DNA of 64,000 nucleotides from Camelus dromedarius (GCF_036321535.1 NC_087437.1:91576001-91640000), one strand, 5' to 3'; positions 40,001-53,286 are shown, counted from the first letter of the stretch. A program made the numbers and translations. Notes: a model not told the origin generated them from the letters alone.

Positions 40001-41860
40001 TGATACGCTGTTTTTTTGTTTTTTTTTTTTTTACTTCAATCAAATAGAAAATAGTGTATTTCCAAAACAGGTAAGGCTGAAAGTGCTAAGAATATTGTCT
40101 GATAACTAAAGCCCATATTCAACAGTCATGGTAATCTTATTTACCAACTACAGATAATGTTATGTACAGTTTCCCATAATGACTAACAAAGTCATATGTA
40201 TGTCTACAGTCAAAACAAGCATTGTTATAACAAAAAAAATTGTCAACAGTATACTATCTCTATGAGACAAAATAATTTTCTTCCACTTGTTTGTTATTTT
40301 CCAAAGTGAATCACTGGGATGCAGTCAGTTCGTATAACAGTTAAACTTCCTTCAGATGCCAAGACCTCATGAGGAAAGTGAACACAAAATCGTGTCAGTG
40401 AAACTTCTTTGTTTGAAAGCTGTAGGTCTTTCATGAAGGTTTGAAGACACTGAATTCTTCCGGTGGCTTAGAGCAAGAGAGAACCACTGAAGGGATGGTA
40501 GGACCACTGGTGGAGAGGCAGGCTGTAGTCTCTGAAATTACTTTACCTTGTATACTATTTTGCTTAGGTCTGTGATCAAGATGGCATGATTGAAATAAGA
40601 TTAGGACTCTACATTTATCTTCTCTTCTTTAGAGTATAACCAGCACATAAACAGTTTCAAACTTCTGCTGACGGTATGTTAGGGAAGATTTTTTCCCCTG
40701 AATATTGTCCTCAATATAGCAGAACAGACTGGTTCAAAGCAAAGTTTTGATGAAATGTTTTCTCAGGAAAATCTGTTTCTGCTGCTAAGAGACTGCCACC
40801 TACAACCATCTGTGGTTTTGTGTTTCTTGCCAGACTTTTCTGTTGTCTTTATGTAGATATTGCCTTTGTCATTTTTGTGGTATCCAAACATGGCAAGCAC
40901 TTCTATCAGCTGCATTCTTTTGTTAAAAGTGTTTTACTGCCCTACTAAATATTATAATGCACACTCACACACATATAGACACATTACATACTTTAATATA
41001 TTAGTCATTGTATCTCTCTAGCTGACTTATCCAAATAGAAGCATAAAACTGTCTTAAAGATTCTTATTCCCAACATTTCAACAGTGATTTATATAAGGCT
41101 TATGGACCATCAAAGAAATTAAGAAGCATAAATAAGACACAGAAGAACTATATAATTGGTCCAAATTATATAGCATAATAATGCATAGCATGACCGATAA
41201 ATATTGGAAATGATAATTACTTTTTCCAAAACTGAAGACATGTGTTCTTCAGTAAAAAGTGCATGCTGATTTCCAAGAAAGATAAATAAAAATAAATTCT
41301 CAGCTTGATACAACATAGTGAAAAGATAGTACATCTAGAAAAAGTGACAAAATCCCATTAGTCATGAGGAAGGAAGTAAAGATTGCCTAAAGAAGAAAAA
41401 TAAATCACTATTTTCAGCTATAATAGAGTAGCTTACATAAAAGTAATCCTTCTACTCAGAACAGCTAAAAAACTAGATTATTATTGTTATCATTATTATT
41501 ATTTACAACAACAACAAGAAAAACCCTCTCTGAGGTATTGTAGGGCAACCAAATCAGAGAGAACATAAGGGACCAAAATATAAGGAAAATTAAATGATTG
41601 AGCCTTACATTTTTCTGCTGAATTTTTTCTTTTTTGAGTTTGCTGATTATTGGTCTAGACCACACTTTCTAAAGAAAAAACAACAACCTAAAATTTAGGG
41701 CACTTACAATGGCCTAGGGAGACATAAATTGCAATTTAGGACTTTCAGGATGGCCAGGGATTGGAGGACCTAGATCCTAGAGGAAAGCGAGTTGCAGGCC
41801 AACAGATCCATCATTCAGAACCCAATTTTCCTGAGGCATTTGTCACCTCCAAGGCTGTAT

Positions 41861-41865
<5 letters not shown>

Positions 41866-41912
<47 letters not shown>
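41866..41912. repeat. (TG)n microsatellite
   Basis: Read directly. Confidence 0.95.
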
Positions 41913-41915
<3 letters not shown>

Positions 41916-42239
41916 GGGGGAGGGGGGGTGGCAGTGCTAAAAGAAACCCAAATAAAGAAGCAGTTGTAAATCAAGAAGAGAGACAGAGGAGAAAGACTAT
42001 TCTAGTAGTTTTTTCCTTGTCAGGAAGACAACAATTAGCTAGGAATAATAAGCCTTAAGAAAAATCTATAGCTTTCAGGTAAGATTCTGAAGAAATATAT
42101 CTTAAAAGTACAAGCAAATCAGGCTGGATTGAAGCAATATATCCACTCTCTATCAACCTTCCAAAAGAAATGTAAATACTCTGTAGAAAAGGATAACAGG
42201 AGTTGCTGGTTTTTTTTCCTTACATATGCTTGCTGCAAT

Positions 42240-42790
42240 ACTCAGTTACTGCTACAACAAGATTGTGTACTAAAACACACCAAAATTTAATGCTTGAAAC
42301 AAGCATTTATTTTTATATCTATAGATTTCAGTGTTTATACTTTTGTCCTATGTGGGCTTGGTCCAACTGGGCCTGACTCCAACTATTGGTTGAATTCAAG
42401 TCTGGTCCTCATTCTTTTGTGGCTAGTGGCCTTTTAAGGGTGTATTTATAATAATGATAGAATCAAAAGACAGTAAATTACACACCAAATGACTTAAAAC
42501 TTGCACTTATACCAAATTCACTAATGTTTATCAGCCAAATTAGTAACATGATCAATTTTTTTTTTGTATGTATGGTGAAGGAAAGTATAGTGTTTATTGT
42601 AGGTGCCAAACAAGGAGTCCAGGAGAGCTAAAGCCCCCAAAATTCAAGCTCTTTGAACATGATCAATTTTAATTTCATTATGTCAGAGAAATATGCTCTA
42701 CCTCTAGTGGGAAGAACTAAAAGCCAGTTACATATGCTGAAAAATAGTGCAAGTTATCAATTCTCACATTCACTTAACACTTTCAAAACA
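42240..42790 (-). mobile_element. Old MLT1 LTR fragment hosting a small retroposed insertion
   Basis: tcagttactgcta..acaccaaaatttaatgcttgaaacaagcatttattt...gctctacctctagtgggaag. Confidence 0.5.
42560..42655 (-). mobile_element. 96-nt polyadenylated LTR-like fragment inserted by L1 machinery, 15-bp TSD AACATGATCAATTTT
   Basis: TSD at 42545-42559 and 42656-42670, T-run 42556-42565, minus-strand AATAAA at 42598-42593, TT/AAAA target site. Confidence 0.8.
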
Positions 42791-42899
42791 TGCAGGAAAA
42801 TGGAACCATATATTAGAAAACCAAAAACAAGGGCTATAAAAAATATATGTAAGTGGTCCAAAGTATAGGGTCAACAGATATTGTTATGTTTTTATATAT

Positions 42900-45800
42900 A
42901 ATTATGTAACAAGAAGTAATTATGATAAATATTTTGAGAAAATGAAAGAAAAAAAAGAAGAATATTGCAGGGATATCCTAGCAATGACTACAAAAGTGAA
43001 ATTAATATTTAGATAGTATTAACAATATATTGGACAAAGCAAGAGGGAAGATAGGTGAATATACTGTATTCAAATAGAGACAAAAAGAAAAAGAAAGAGG
43101 TACAAATAGAAATAATAATGGAAGGCTCATGTAGGACATGGCCTAACATATGTTTAATTAGAACACAGGAAACAAACAAAATGTGAGAATGTGCAGAAGT
43201 ATAATTTGAAGACATAATGACTGCAAAACTTAAAAAAATTATGAAAGATATAAAGCCACAAATACAGGAATATCAACCATCTCTAATGAATAAATACAAA
43301 GAAAATTAATCATAGGCACATCGCAGTAACATACTAAAATTTAAAGACAAAGAGAAACCTTACAATCAGAGTTATTCTGTTTAGAGTTTATAGAGCTTGA
43401 AAGGGTGATGCTTCCACCATTATAAAAGAAAAATATAGATAAAAAGTCATAACTTGTCTTGAACCTATCCAAATTTCAGGGCAATAAACTAGACTGAAAT
43501 CTAAGGAATAACAAGCCCCTCTATAAGAGATAGAATGGGGGGAAGAGGTGCTCAGTGCCAAAAATGTGGATCAAAAGAATCCAGTTAAAAATTTTATAAA
43601 TTGCTGAAGACCAAATGTAGGCTAGCATAAGGGTATAGAGTCACCTGGAACCAGAGATACAGTAATGCGTCTTCTCCATGAACTTCCATGTGGTGCTCAC
43701 AAAAAGGATTGGAGAACAGGGTGTAGACTGGGGAGGAGTCACAAGGTAGTGCAATCCTTACAGGGTGGTTTTACATTATGTTGTTTTTCTACAGTTCATG
43801 TGTATAAACAATTAGTCTCCCCAAGTGGATTATAACTTATTTTTAATAATGGAGATAGTTTCAGATAAAAATTCATTTATTTTTAGTTAAGTTTTCATGA
43901 GGAACACAGAAACCATTCTACAGTTCCTCTCTTAATGAACATGAGATTTAGCACAGGAATTCGATGCTTCAAAATTATTGAATAGGCTGGAGGAGCAAAG
44001 TCAAACATGGATGTCACTAACTCCCAGCTTTACCTATAGTTTGCAGAGAATCAGAAAGGTGTTCCTCTCTCATTCAGATAAGAAATTACAGGATTTCACT
44101 ATTGTTTTTAGCTTCCTGTCATATTTAGGCAGGTGAATTAGAAGGGAACATGTAGAAACCATTGCAAAAATTCCCAAGCTCATTCCTCTGATGATGCTAG
44201 CAGAATAAGAATATTTCCTTGATCTCTTTTCTAACTTCAAGATCTTATAATCCTAAATGCAGTCCTAAAAGAAAGAATCAGCTTTTACTACAGGAAACAC
44301 ACAGAGCCCCACACGGATCCTTACCCCTTACGAATCAAAAGCCTTTTGTCACTGGAAAAGGGGAAGAAATGCTGTCACTGCCAGGGTCAGAATGAAGACC
44401 AAATGTAGCTGAGAGAAAGTTCAAGGAAAACAAACTGCTCATAGAAGTGCAATGGAACAGAATACTGGACCACAGATCCTATGCTAATAGCATTAGAAGT
44501 CTTCTACCTCTGTGGGAAGAGCAGGAAATACTTTTTCTTATAATAAGTTCCAAGGTACAAATTAGATGTTAGCTGCCAGTGGAAAAAAAGGCAGGACCAT
44601 TGATAATGGCCCTATCCTGAGACCTGAGTACAAGTTTGGACCCATTGCACAGAGAATTATCTCTAACCATCACCACTAGGCTAGAAAGTATCAAGTAACA
44701 GCAAAACTGTTACGATACTTGGGAAGAAACAAATGTGTGGAAAGTGACCACCTCTGTGGCATGAGCACAGCCTAATATTAAGAGTCAGAGCAATCAATAA
44801 ACTCAGACACTGAACCAAGCTCCTAAATGTCACTGATGTTGACATTACCATATATAAATTTTACATGACTGTGATTAATATATTAAATTCTCTAATGGAA
44901 AAGGTAGACAATATGCATTAACAGATGGTGAATTTAAACCAACAAATAGAAACTATAGGACTCAAATGGAAATGCTAGGAAACAAACCAACAAACCAGCA
45001 ACATAGGAACAACAATAAAACATGCCTTAGACAAGCTCATCAGTAGACCTAATTTGCATTTATAGAAGTCTTTACCCACCAGTAGCAAAATACACATTTT
45101 CTTTAAGTGTGCACCTAGGTAGATCATGTTCTTTATGACAAACACATCTCGACAAATTTAATAGACTTTAAATTATACGTAGAATGGTCCTTGTCCATAT
45201 AGAATTAAGCTAGAAAACAATGTTAAAAAGATAACCTAGATAATCACAAATATTTGGAATTTAATTACACTATCAAATAACCTATAGGTCAAATACAAAG
45301 TTACAAATAAAATGTAAAATTATTTTCAATGGAATGAAAAATGAAAAAAAAAAGCAAAATTTGGGAGACATGTAATAAACCAGTAGATACAGAAAAAGCA
45401 CTTGCAAGATTCAGCATTTGTTAATCATATTAAAAAAGACTCAGCAAATTCAGAATTAAATGAAATTTTAACACAATGAGGCATTTACAAACAGTCTCTG
45501 TAGATAACATTATATTTAATGATGAAAGACTAATTATTTGCCCCTACAATTAGAAACAAAGCCAGAATGTCCACTGTCAGCTCTCCCAATCTGTAGCTTT
45601 AGATCCTCATGAATACAATGAGGCAAAAAAAGGAAGAAAGCAAGCAAGAAAAAAAAGATGTGGGGATTAAAAAAGAGCAAAGGAAAACTGCAACAGGAGG
45701 AACATCTACATGTAAATTTGCCAACAAATATGCAAGAAAAAATTTTAGTAAGTGAATTTAGCAATGTCAGAGAATATAAGTTAATACATAAAAAATGATT

Positions 45801-46080
45801 GTATTTCTCAATACTAATAATGAAAAATTGGGAATTATAATTGAAAGAATATCATTTACTAAAGCACACAAAATCATTTAAAATCTAGATATAAGTCTAT
45901 CAAACATATGCAAGTTCTGTATGCTGAAAAGTAGAAAAAAATGATGAGAGTAATCAAAGAAGATATAAATTAATGGAACTTAGAGTTTTTAAAATGTCAT
46001 TCTCTCCAAACATATTTGCAAATTAGATACAATATTAATCAAAATTCCAGCAAGATATTTTGCAGAAAACAAATTAAGGT
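42900..46080 (+). mobile_element. Cluster of old L1M fragments (ORF1, 5' UTR, ORF2)
   Basis: ORF1 remnants (gcagaagtataatttgaagacataatgactgcaaaactt; ctctaatggaaaaggtagacaatatgca) and ORF2 remnants (agaattaagctagaaaacaat; gtaagtgaatttagcaatgt). Confidence 0.7.
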
Positions 46081-48079
46081 ATTAGGTCAATTGTAAACTA
46101 ATTCAAAGAAATGAACTCAAAATAAATTAGAAAAGAAACAGTTATTTCTTATTATGCCATTTATCTCTGATTTACTTATCCTGAAAAAAAAAATCCACCT
46201 ATGCTCATGTAAATACACTATACATGTAGATTTTAATATTTTTGTATATTTAATACATTTTAGGAGAATATAACATCCTTATACACTTCCTAAATCTTTA
46301 CTTATATTTTAAGATTCTAAAATTGTATATGTTGTTTCTTAAATAGAATTTTTAGACATCAATAAGTCTTAATAATTAGGTAATATCTTTGAGGACTGTG
46401 TTTTAGGAGAGGCTAGTGAGTACAGTTGCTTTATGTTAGAAATCTTTTTCTTGATAATTCATGAAGAAAATATGTTCACTTAGGATGAACATAATATTGA
46501 AGTACAGTGGGTAAAATACAGTAAATTAAATGCATATATGCATATAAGCCAGGGAAAACCTGACCAAAGGGCTAAATGTTAGATGATTCTTCTTGCTTTT
46601 AGTACATTAGGTGTTTCATAAAGCCCAAAGATGAAAGAGAAACATTTCATTTCCTCCACTGGGTTTACTGAAGATATGTATCTTCTTCACTTTACAGGGA
46701 AGTTTATAAAGTAGACGAGTAATGAATCAATGGCCAACAGGCTTTGGCTGTATACTGCAGCATAGTACCGTCCCAGCAGCCACAATTTAATAGTATTGTT
46801 GGCAATTCTGAAAGCGGGAGTAGGAAAAATCTGTGGAACCAAAACCACTCCTGTTTAATGTTTAAAATGATAGCAGTATGTCACCAATTTATGCTTACAT
46901 TTATGTTAAAAATTATTTATTTAATTGTATATTACATTAAAAGCAATAGGTATGATTTTTGTATCTATATGTATAAAAATCAACTGGTTGTTTAGGACAG
47001 TTTCTCAATTGGTCTGAGGTTTATGGGGAGCCTCTACACAATGGAATTAACAGCATGTGTGGAGGTGTCTGAGGACGCAAAATGCTTGCCAGATGATTTT
47101 AGAGATATATGAGTGACATCTGCAAAAGACTGAGAAAATGTAGTGCTTATGGTCGAAACTATAGGAACTATAGGCTTAATAAATCCATTTCAAAATAACA
47201 TATTTCTTGAGCTCTAGAAATATCTTAAATATATTAAATATAAAGAATGTGAGATTTGATGTCAGGAGGCATGGGAGTGAACTGTTGTCTTGCGAATTTA
47301 CAAAAAATGATAAGCAATTAATCACATAAGTGTGATTTGCTGTTGTGATTTTAATATGTTCATACTGATTTTTTAATTTAAAGATATTTGTTATTTTTTT
47401 GTTCTCTCGCAATTCTCTCTTAAGTCAAAAGTCCTACTTTAGCACCTCATAAAGAATGGTAACCATCTGCCTGAAACTGAGGATCTAAGAACAGAATGAA
47501 AGACTCTTTATGACAAATGACATATCATCTATATTTTGTTTCCACAGCAAAAAGGTATAAATATTACCATCAACATGAGCCTCAGTCAAAAGAGGCAGAG
47601 TCTTTCTTTATAAAAGATATTTATTTCTCATCAGTTGATTCTAAGCCTGGCAAAACAAAGCACTGAGGTCTTAGTGGCAGAAACGTTTTATGCCATAATA
47701 ATTATATAATTGTGACAAGCCAACCTGAGCGATTGAGCAGTTAGTATAATGTGACTGTAGATATAGATCAACTTTTCTTAAACATATTTATTACAGAAGT
47801 ATATGTATTAAAAATATAATATAATAGTAAAAATGGTAAAAGATTAATTAACCTGTCTTAATAATATGTTTGTATATATGATGGAAAAGAAATAGCTATA
47901 TCATATTTATGACATTTCTATAACAATAAAAATAAGTGTGCTCATAAAAAATAATGAAATAATTAAAAAGAAATTATATACGACACATAAACAGCAAAAA
48001 TTATAACTAATTTTTATCAAAGAAGGTAAGGTGAAAAGCCTTTTAAAGACTACAAATATTATTTCAAAAATTAGTTTAA

Positions 48080-49316
48080 AGACCCAAAAATATAAAACTC
48101 CTAGAGGAGAATATAGGCAAAACACTCTTTGACAAAATTTGTAGCAATATTTTTTGGGGTCTCTTTCCTAAGGCAAAGAAACAAAAGCAAAAATAAGCAA
48201 ATGGGATTTAATTAAAAGCTTTTGCACAGCAAAATAATAATAACAATAATAATAATGATAATAATAATTGATAAAATGAAAGGGCAACCTATTGAATGGG
48301 AGAAAATATTTGCAAATGATATGAGCAATAAGGATTAATATCCAAAATATATAAACAACTCATAAATTCAGTATCAAAAAAACAAACAACCCAATTAAAA
48401 AATGTGCAGAAGACCTGAATAGACATTTTCCCAAAGAAGGTATACAGATGGCTTAGAGACATATGAAAAAATGTTCAGTATCACTAATCACCAGACAAAT
48501 TGCAAATCAAAACCACAAGGAGATATTACCTCACACCTGTCAAAATGACTATCATCAAAAAGTCTACAAGTAACAAGTGTTAGTAAAGATGTGGAAAAAG
48601 AGAACCTTAGTACACTGTTGGTGGGATTGTAAATTGGTGTAGCCACTATGGAAAACAGTATGGAGTTTCCTCTATAAACTAAAAATAGAACTACCATATG
48701 ATCTAGCAATTCCACTGCTGGGTACATATAGAAAGAAGATGAAAGCACTAATTTGAAAAGATACATGTGCCACAATGTTCATAGAAGCATTATTTACAAT
48801 AGCCAAGATATGAAAGCGACATAAATGTCTATCAACAGATGAATGAGTAAAGAAGATGTGATATATGTATAAATATAACATTATGGAATATTACTCAGCT
48901 GTAAAGCAGAGTGAAATTCTGCCACTTGCAACAATGTGTATGGATCTAGAGAGTATTGTGTTTAGGGACATAAGTCAGCAAAAGACAAGTACTGTATGTC
49001 TTCATTTATATGTAGAATCTGAAAGAAAAAAAATGAATGTATATAACAGAGATTCACAGATATAGAGAACAAACTAGTCATTATCAGTGGGGACAGGGAA
49101 GGAGGGAGGGTCAAATCAGGGGTACAGGATTAAGAGATACAGGCTACTATGTATAAAGTAAATAAGCAACATGGATTTATGTATGTAGAGCACAGGAAAA
49201 TACAGCCATTATTTTGTAATATTTTTAAATGAAGTATAGTCCACAAAAATAGTGAATCACTCTATTGTACACCTGAAACTAATATAATATTATAAATTAA
49301 CTATACTTTAATAAAA
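48080..49316 (+). mobile_element. L1 3' portion (ORF2 C-terminus and 3' UTR)
   Basis: ataaaactcctagaggagaatataggcaaaacactctttgac...gaatagacattttcccaaagaag...tgtacacctgaaactaatataatatt..aataaaa. Confidence 0.92.
48233..48268. repeat. Imperfect (ATA)n expansion inside an L1
   Basis: Read directly. Confidence 0.85.
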
Positions 49317-49469
49317 GTTATTTTAAATCAGTGTAACAGTTTTATGAAAATACAGGAAATAGGACATTCTACTACTATGAAAAAAATTAGACAAAACTTT
49401 ATGTTGTAAATTTGGTGGAAAAAATAGCAATAGTTTGAAGCATTAACCCAGTCAAGTAGTGTCCAGTTT

Positions 49470-50335
49470 GAAACAACTTTGAATTCCAGGGATAAATCTC
49501 ACTTGAGCATGGTATATGATTCTTTTAATAGGCTATTGATTTCAGTTTGCTAGTATTTTGTTGAGAATTTTTGCATCTACATTCATCAGGAATTTTTGCC
49601 TGTAATTTTTTTTTTTTTTTTTAGTGTCCTTGTATGACTTTGATAATGTTGGCCTTGTTAAATGAGTTTAGGATGTTCCACCCCCTTCGATTACGGTTTT
49701 TTTGAAAAATTTGAGAAGTTTGGTATTAATTCTTTAAATGTTTGGGAGAATTCACCAGCTGATCCTGGACGTTTATTTTTGAGAAGGTTTTTGATTATTA
49801 ATTCAATATTCTTCCTTGTTATTTGTCTGTTCAGATTTTCTTTTTCTTCATGTTTCAGTTTCGGCAGGTTGTGTTTTTCCAGAAATTTATCCATTTCTCA
49901 TAGGTTATCAAATTAGTTGGCATATAATTGTTCATAGTAGTCTCTTAATGATTTTCTTGTATTTCTGTTACTAATTGTAATGTCTATTCTTTCATTTCTG
50001 ATTTTGAGTCTCCTCTGTTCTAAATGTTTGTCAATTTTTTACCTTTTCAAAAAACTCTTAGTTTTGTTCATCTTATCTATCCCTTTTCTAGCCTCTTTTT
50101 CTGTTCTAATCTTTGTTATTTCCTTCCTTCTGCTAACTTTGAGTTTAGTTTATTCTTCCTTTTTGTAGTTCCTTTATGTGTGAAAGTAGGTTATTTGAGA
50201 TATTTTTCTTTTCTTAACATTGCTGTTTATTACTATAAACTTTCCTCTTAGAACAATTTTCCTTTATCCTATGAGTTTTGGTATCTTGTTCTTCCTTTTT
50301 TGTTTCAAATTTTTTTAAATTTCCATTTTGACTGC
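49470..50335 (-). mobile_element. L1 ORF2 internal fragment
   Basis: ORF 49691-49894 MDKFLEKHNLPKLKHEEKENLNRQIT..KRPGSAGEFSQTFKE is typical L1 ORF2p. Confidence 0.92.
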
Positions 50336-50347
50336 TTTCTTTCTTTC

Positions 50348-51850
50348 TTTTTTTTTCATGAGGAAAAGCTTTACTAAGCCATAAAACTATTACACTTTTA
50401 AAAAACTTTTATGTGAAATTCCCAAACATTTAAAAATGACTCAGGAAATAACTAGCATGTCTTTACTAAGTTCCACTTCCATAATTTTCTCTGCCTTCAC
50501 CTTCAATTATCAGCTGTAAAATATTAATTTTTATCTCATTTCATATACTTATCTCACAGTCATTTATCAAAACTTTTATTGTGAGAACACAGTTCTTAAC
50601 AATTATATACACAGTGAAAAAATATGATTAGACATTTATAAGACTTGAAATATTTAAAAATAATACACAATAAGAGGATTACAAGAAGGGTAGTGGCATC
50701 TTTCAATTTATTTTCATATTTCATTGTCCTTGTCAGACATTTTCTCTAAAGTCTGTCCAAGTCTTATTCTTTAAATGCACTATGCACCTTTTTTTCCTTC
50801 TCAAATGTCATTGTTTTAACAATGTGTATTCTCTTGCCTGGGAAACAAAGTTATTAACTTCTAAGGAACATTTATTTACATCTAGTTGTATAACCTAAAC
50901 CATAGCACAGGCTGGTTATGTACAGGTGACGCCTTTCACTGGGATTGGTCCGTGTTTTTTGCACACCGTAGGAAATGAAGGTTGGGCTCCTAATGTCCAG
51001 GGATAATGCCCGTGCCAAGCAGGTTGTTGTCAGTCTTAGGCATCGGGAATTTCTTCTGGGAAGACAAGGCAGTTGGCAGTCTTCTTCTTCTTGTGGTTCA
51101 GCATATGGAGCAGCTCCTGCAAACTGATACCAGTTTTGGCAAATGTCTTCATGAAGGTGCAATTCTGCTCCATTGCATGAACAGCACTATCCCTCACTGC
51201 CAGCTCTCAGTGGCCCTCATCACACCTGTTGCTCACCTGAATGATACCGTACTTATATGCAGGTTGTTGCCTTTGATCTCACAAATTAGATGGACTTCAG
51301 ACCCTTCAGGGTGTGCTTCTTGGTGACTGAGTAGACCAGAATAAAGGTGTGACCCCTAGCAAAGTTGAGATGCTGCAGGCCTGGGTAATTGTGGCTGCCA
51401 ATGATGTCAGTGATTGCTGGGCACCCAGGCTGTGGTTGCAGTTCATCATGTGGCGGTGGATATCTTCAATTGTTAGCAGGTTCACAATCACAGAAAGTAC
51501 CAGTGTACCCACCTCTGACCCTATACACTACTGTCCATGCCATTGCACTTGAGCATCATCATGAGGTAATCTCTGCTCCTCTTCTGGACCATGAAGGCAC
51601 AGATGACAAGCAAGGTGGGCATAGGCTACAGCCCCTGCATCAACTGTCCCCTAAAGTTGGAGCAGGAGTTGCCCATTGTTGGGAGTTGACAGGGATACAT
51701 GTGCACAACTCTCTGGCACTTAGCCAGCAGTAAGGGAAGCCTCATGAAGAAAGAAGCCCCTGCCCCCCACCCTCCTGATAAAATTCCGACAGCTTCTGGT
51801 CCACATACACATCCTGCAGGGTTTTCTCTTTTTGTCATCATCAGCAATTA
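50348..51850 (-). pseudogene. DIRAS3: Processed pseudogene (retrocopy) of DIRAS3 (ARHI/NOEY2), Ras-family GTPase; CDS remnant about 51676 to 51000
   Basis: Minus strand from ATG 51676 reads MGNSCSNFRGQLMQGL*PMPTLLVICAFMVQKRSRDYLMMML..QRWV../LLTIEDIH..CNH../ITDIIGSHNYPGLQHLNFARGHTFILVYSVTKKHTL../LICEIKGNNLH/K..SNRCDEGH*ELAVRD..AMEQNCTFMKTFAKT..QELLHMLNHKKK../QKKFPMPKTDNNLLGTGII. This is collinear with DIRAS3, including its N-terminal extension. About 640 nt of 3' UTR, an AGTAAA signal (50375-50370) and an A-tail (50356-50348) follow. Confidence 0.9.
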
Positions 51851-51934
51851 ATTTCTTTCTGTCTGTGCTTCAAATATGTGGGCACAGAAAACCACATTAA
51901 TATGATGTATCTTATTGAAGAATGTGTTTTATTT

Positions 51935-52790
51935 CATTGGTTAACAACTATGTTGTCAGTTGTTTCAGGTGCTGAAAATACAATTTATAAACAAAATAGA
52001 CATCTACCCCTGCTCCCTCTTAGAACTTAAATTTCAATGTTATGAGCTATAAGATTAAAAAAAAACAGCTAAACTATATATAGCACCATCAGATGCTATG
52101 AAGAAAGATAAAGCAGGGAGGCAGAATAGGAAATGCAAAGTATGGAAAGACGTATGATTTGAAAGAAATCGCTGAAAAATGTAATATTTCAGTACTAACG
52201 TTGGGGAGGTCAGGGAGGGAGCATAGCACAGCTGTCTTTGAGAAAAGTGTTCTAAATAGAGAAGAGACAAAGGCCTACAATTCCTTGGTGTGTTGCAGGA
52301 AGAACAGGAAGAAGAGTGTGGCAAAACAGAGAGAAAGAGAGGTGTTGAAGATAAACTAAAAGAGAGAGTAAGATATAAATGACAAATGATATAGGATGTA
52401 ATGAGCCTTTTTCAGAATTTTACTTTCATTCTGAGTGAGATGAGAAACTATCAGATGCTGTTGAAGAGATAGCACAGCCTTACTTGAGAAAATCAAAGAT
52501 CATTCACTTCATTCACTTTGTGCAAAATATCCAAGATGCAAACGTAGAAGCAGATAGACCAATTAAGGAGTTATTATAATAAATCAGATGGAAGAAGATG
52601 GGGATTAAATAAATGTTACAGTAGTTGGAGTGATTTGGATACATTTTGAGTTTGGATATATTTTGCAGGCAGAAGAAATGAGATTTAATGGTGGAGAGGG
52701 AATAAACTATGTATAAGAGAAAGAGGAGTGGCCAGGATGAATAATAAGGATTTTGACCTAAGTGACTTAGGACAAGAGAATGAATCTGAG
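51935..52790 (-). mobile_element. L2 fragment
   Basis: aggtgctgaaaataca..aaacaaaatagacat..ccctgctc..tagaactt; gatttggatacattttg; ggagtggccaggatgaa..ggattttgacctaagtgact. Confidence 0.7.
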
Positions 52791-53286
52791 GCAAGTCATT
52801 AGATAATTCTACACATTTTTATGTTAAACTGAATGACAACACATTGTGAAGTAGGCTTAAATGGCATACACATTGTTTTAATTGAAACATGAGATTTGCG
52901 GGATGCTTTGAGTTATATAATAGCAATTTGGGACAGATGTAAATCTCCCATAGATTTGCAAGCATCTTCTACCTCTTTACTTAAAAAAAAAAAAGTTTTA
53001 GAAGCTGCTCTATGTAACACTTTTGTGGAACAAAGTGTTCTGTTGTATCATACTACTTTGATGTGTTAGAATTTCCTGTATAAGCCATTCCGTCATTAGG
53101 GGATAACTTACTCCATATCATCTTCTAAGTTGTATGTTTAAAATCATCTAATTTATAATTCAAACAGATTGAAATAATTGTTTTATATATAAATATCCAA
53201 GTGAATTCACATACATTCCTAGTATTTTGATAATGACCAGATTTACAGACAATGAGGCATAATTAACCTTGGGCAGTATAAGGCCT

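Noticed and set aside
40300..40930. Non-repeat, moderately GC-richer stretch with splice-like motifs on both strands
   Set aside because: No sustained open frame or recognisable homology. It could be a conserved non-coding element or a decayed exon, but I cannot support either.
48080..50335. Twin-primed (5'-inverted) L1 formed by two opposite-strand fragments
   Set aside because: The inverted piece lies downstream of the 3' end of the plus-strand copy, the wrong geometry for twin priming.
50872..51847. Several ORFs of 67-114 aa on both strands
   Set aside because: Off-frame or antisense readings of the DIRAS3 pseudogene. No functional GTPase can be encoded.
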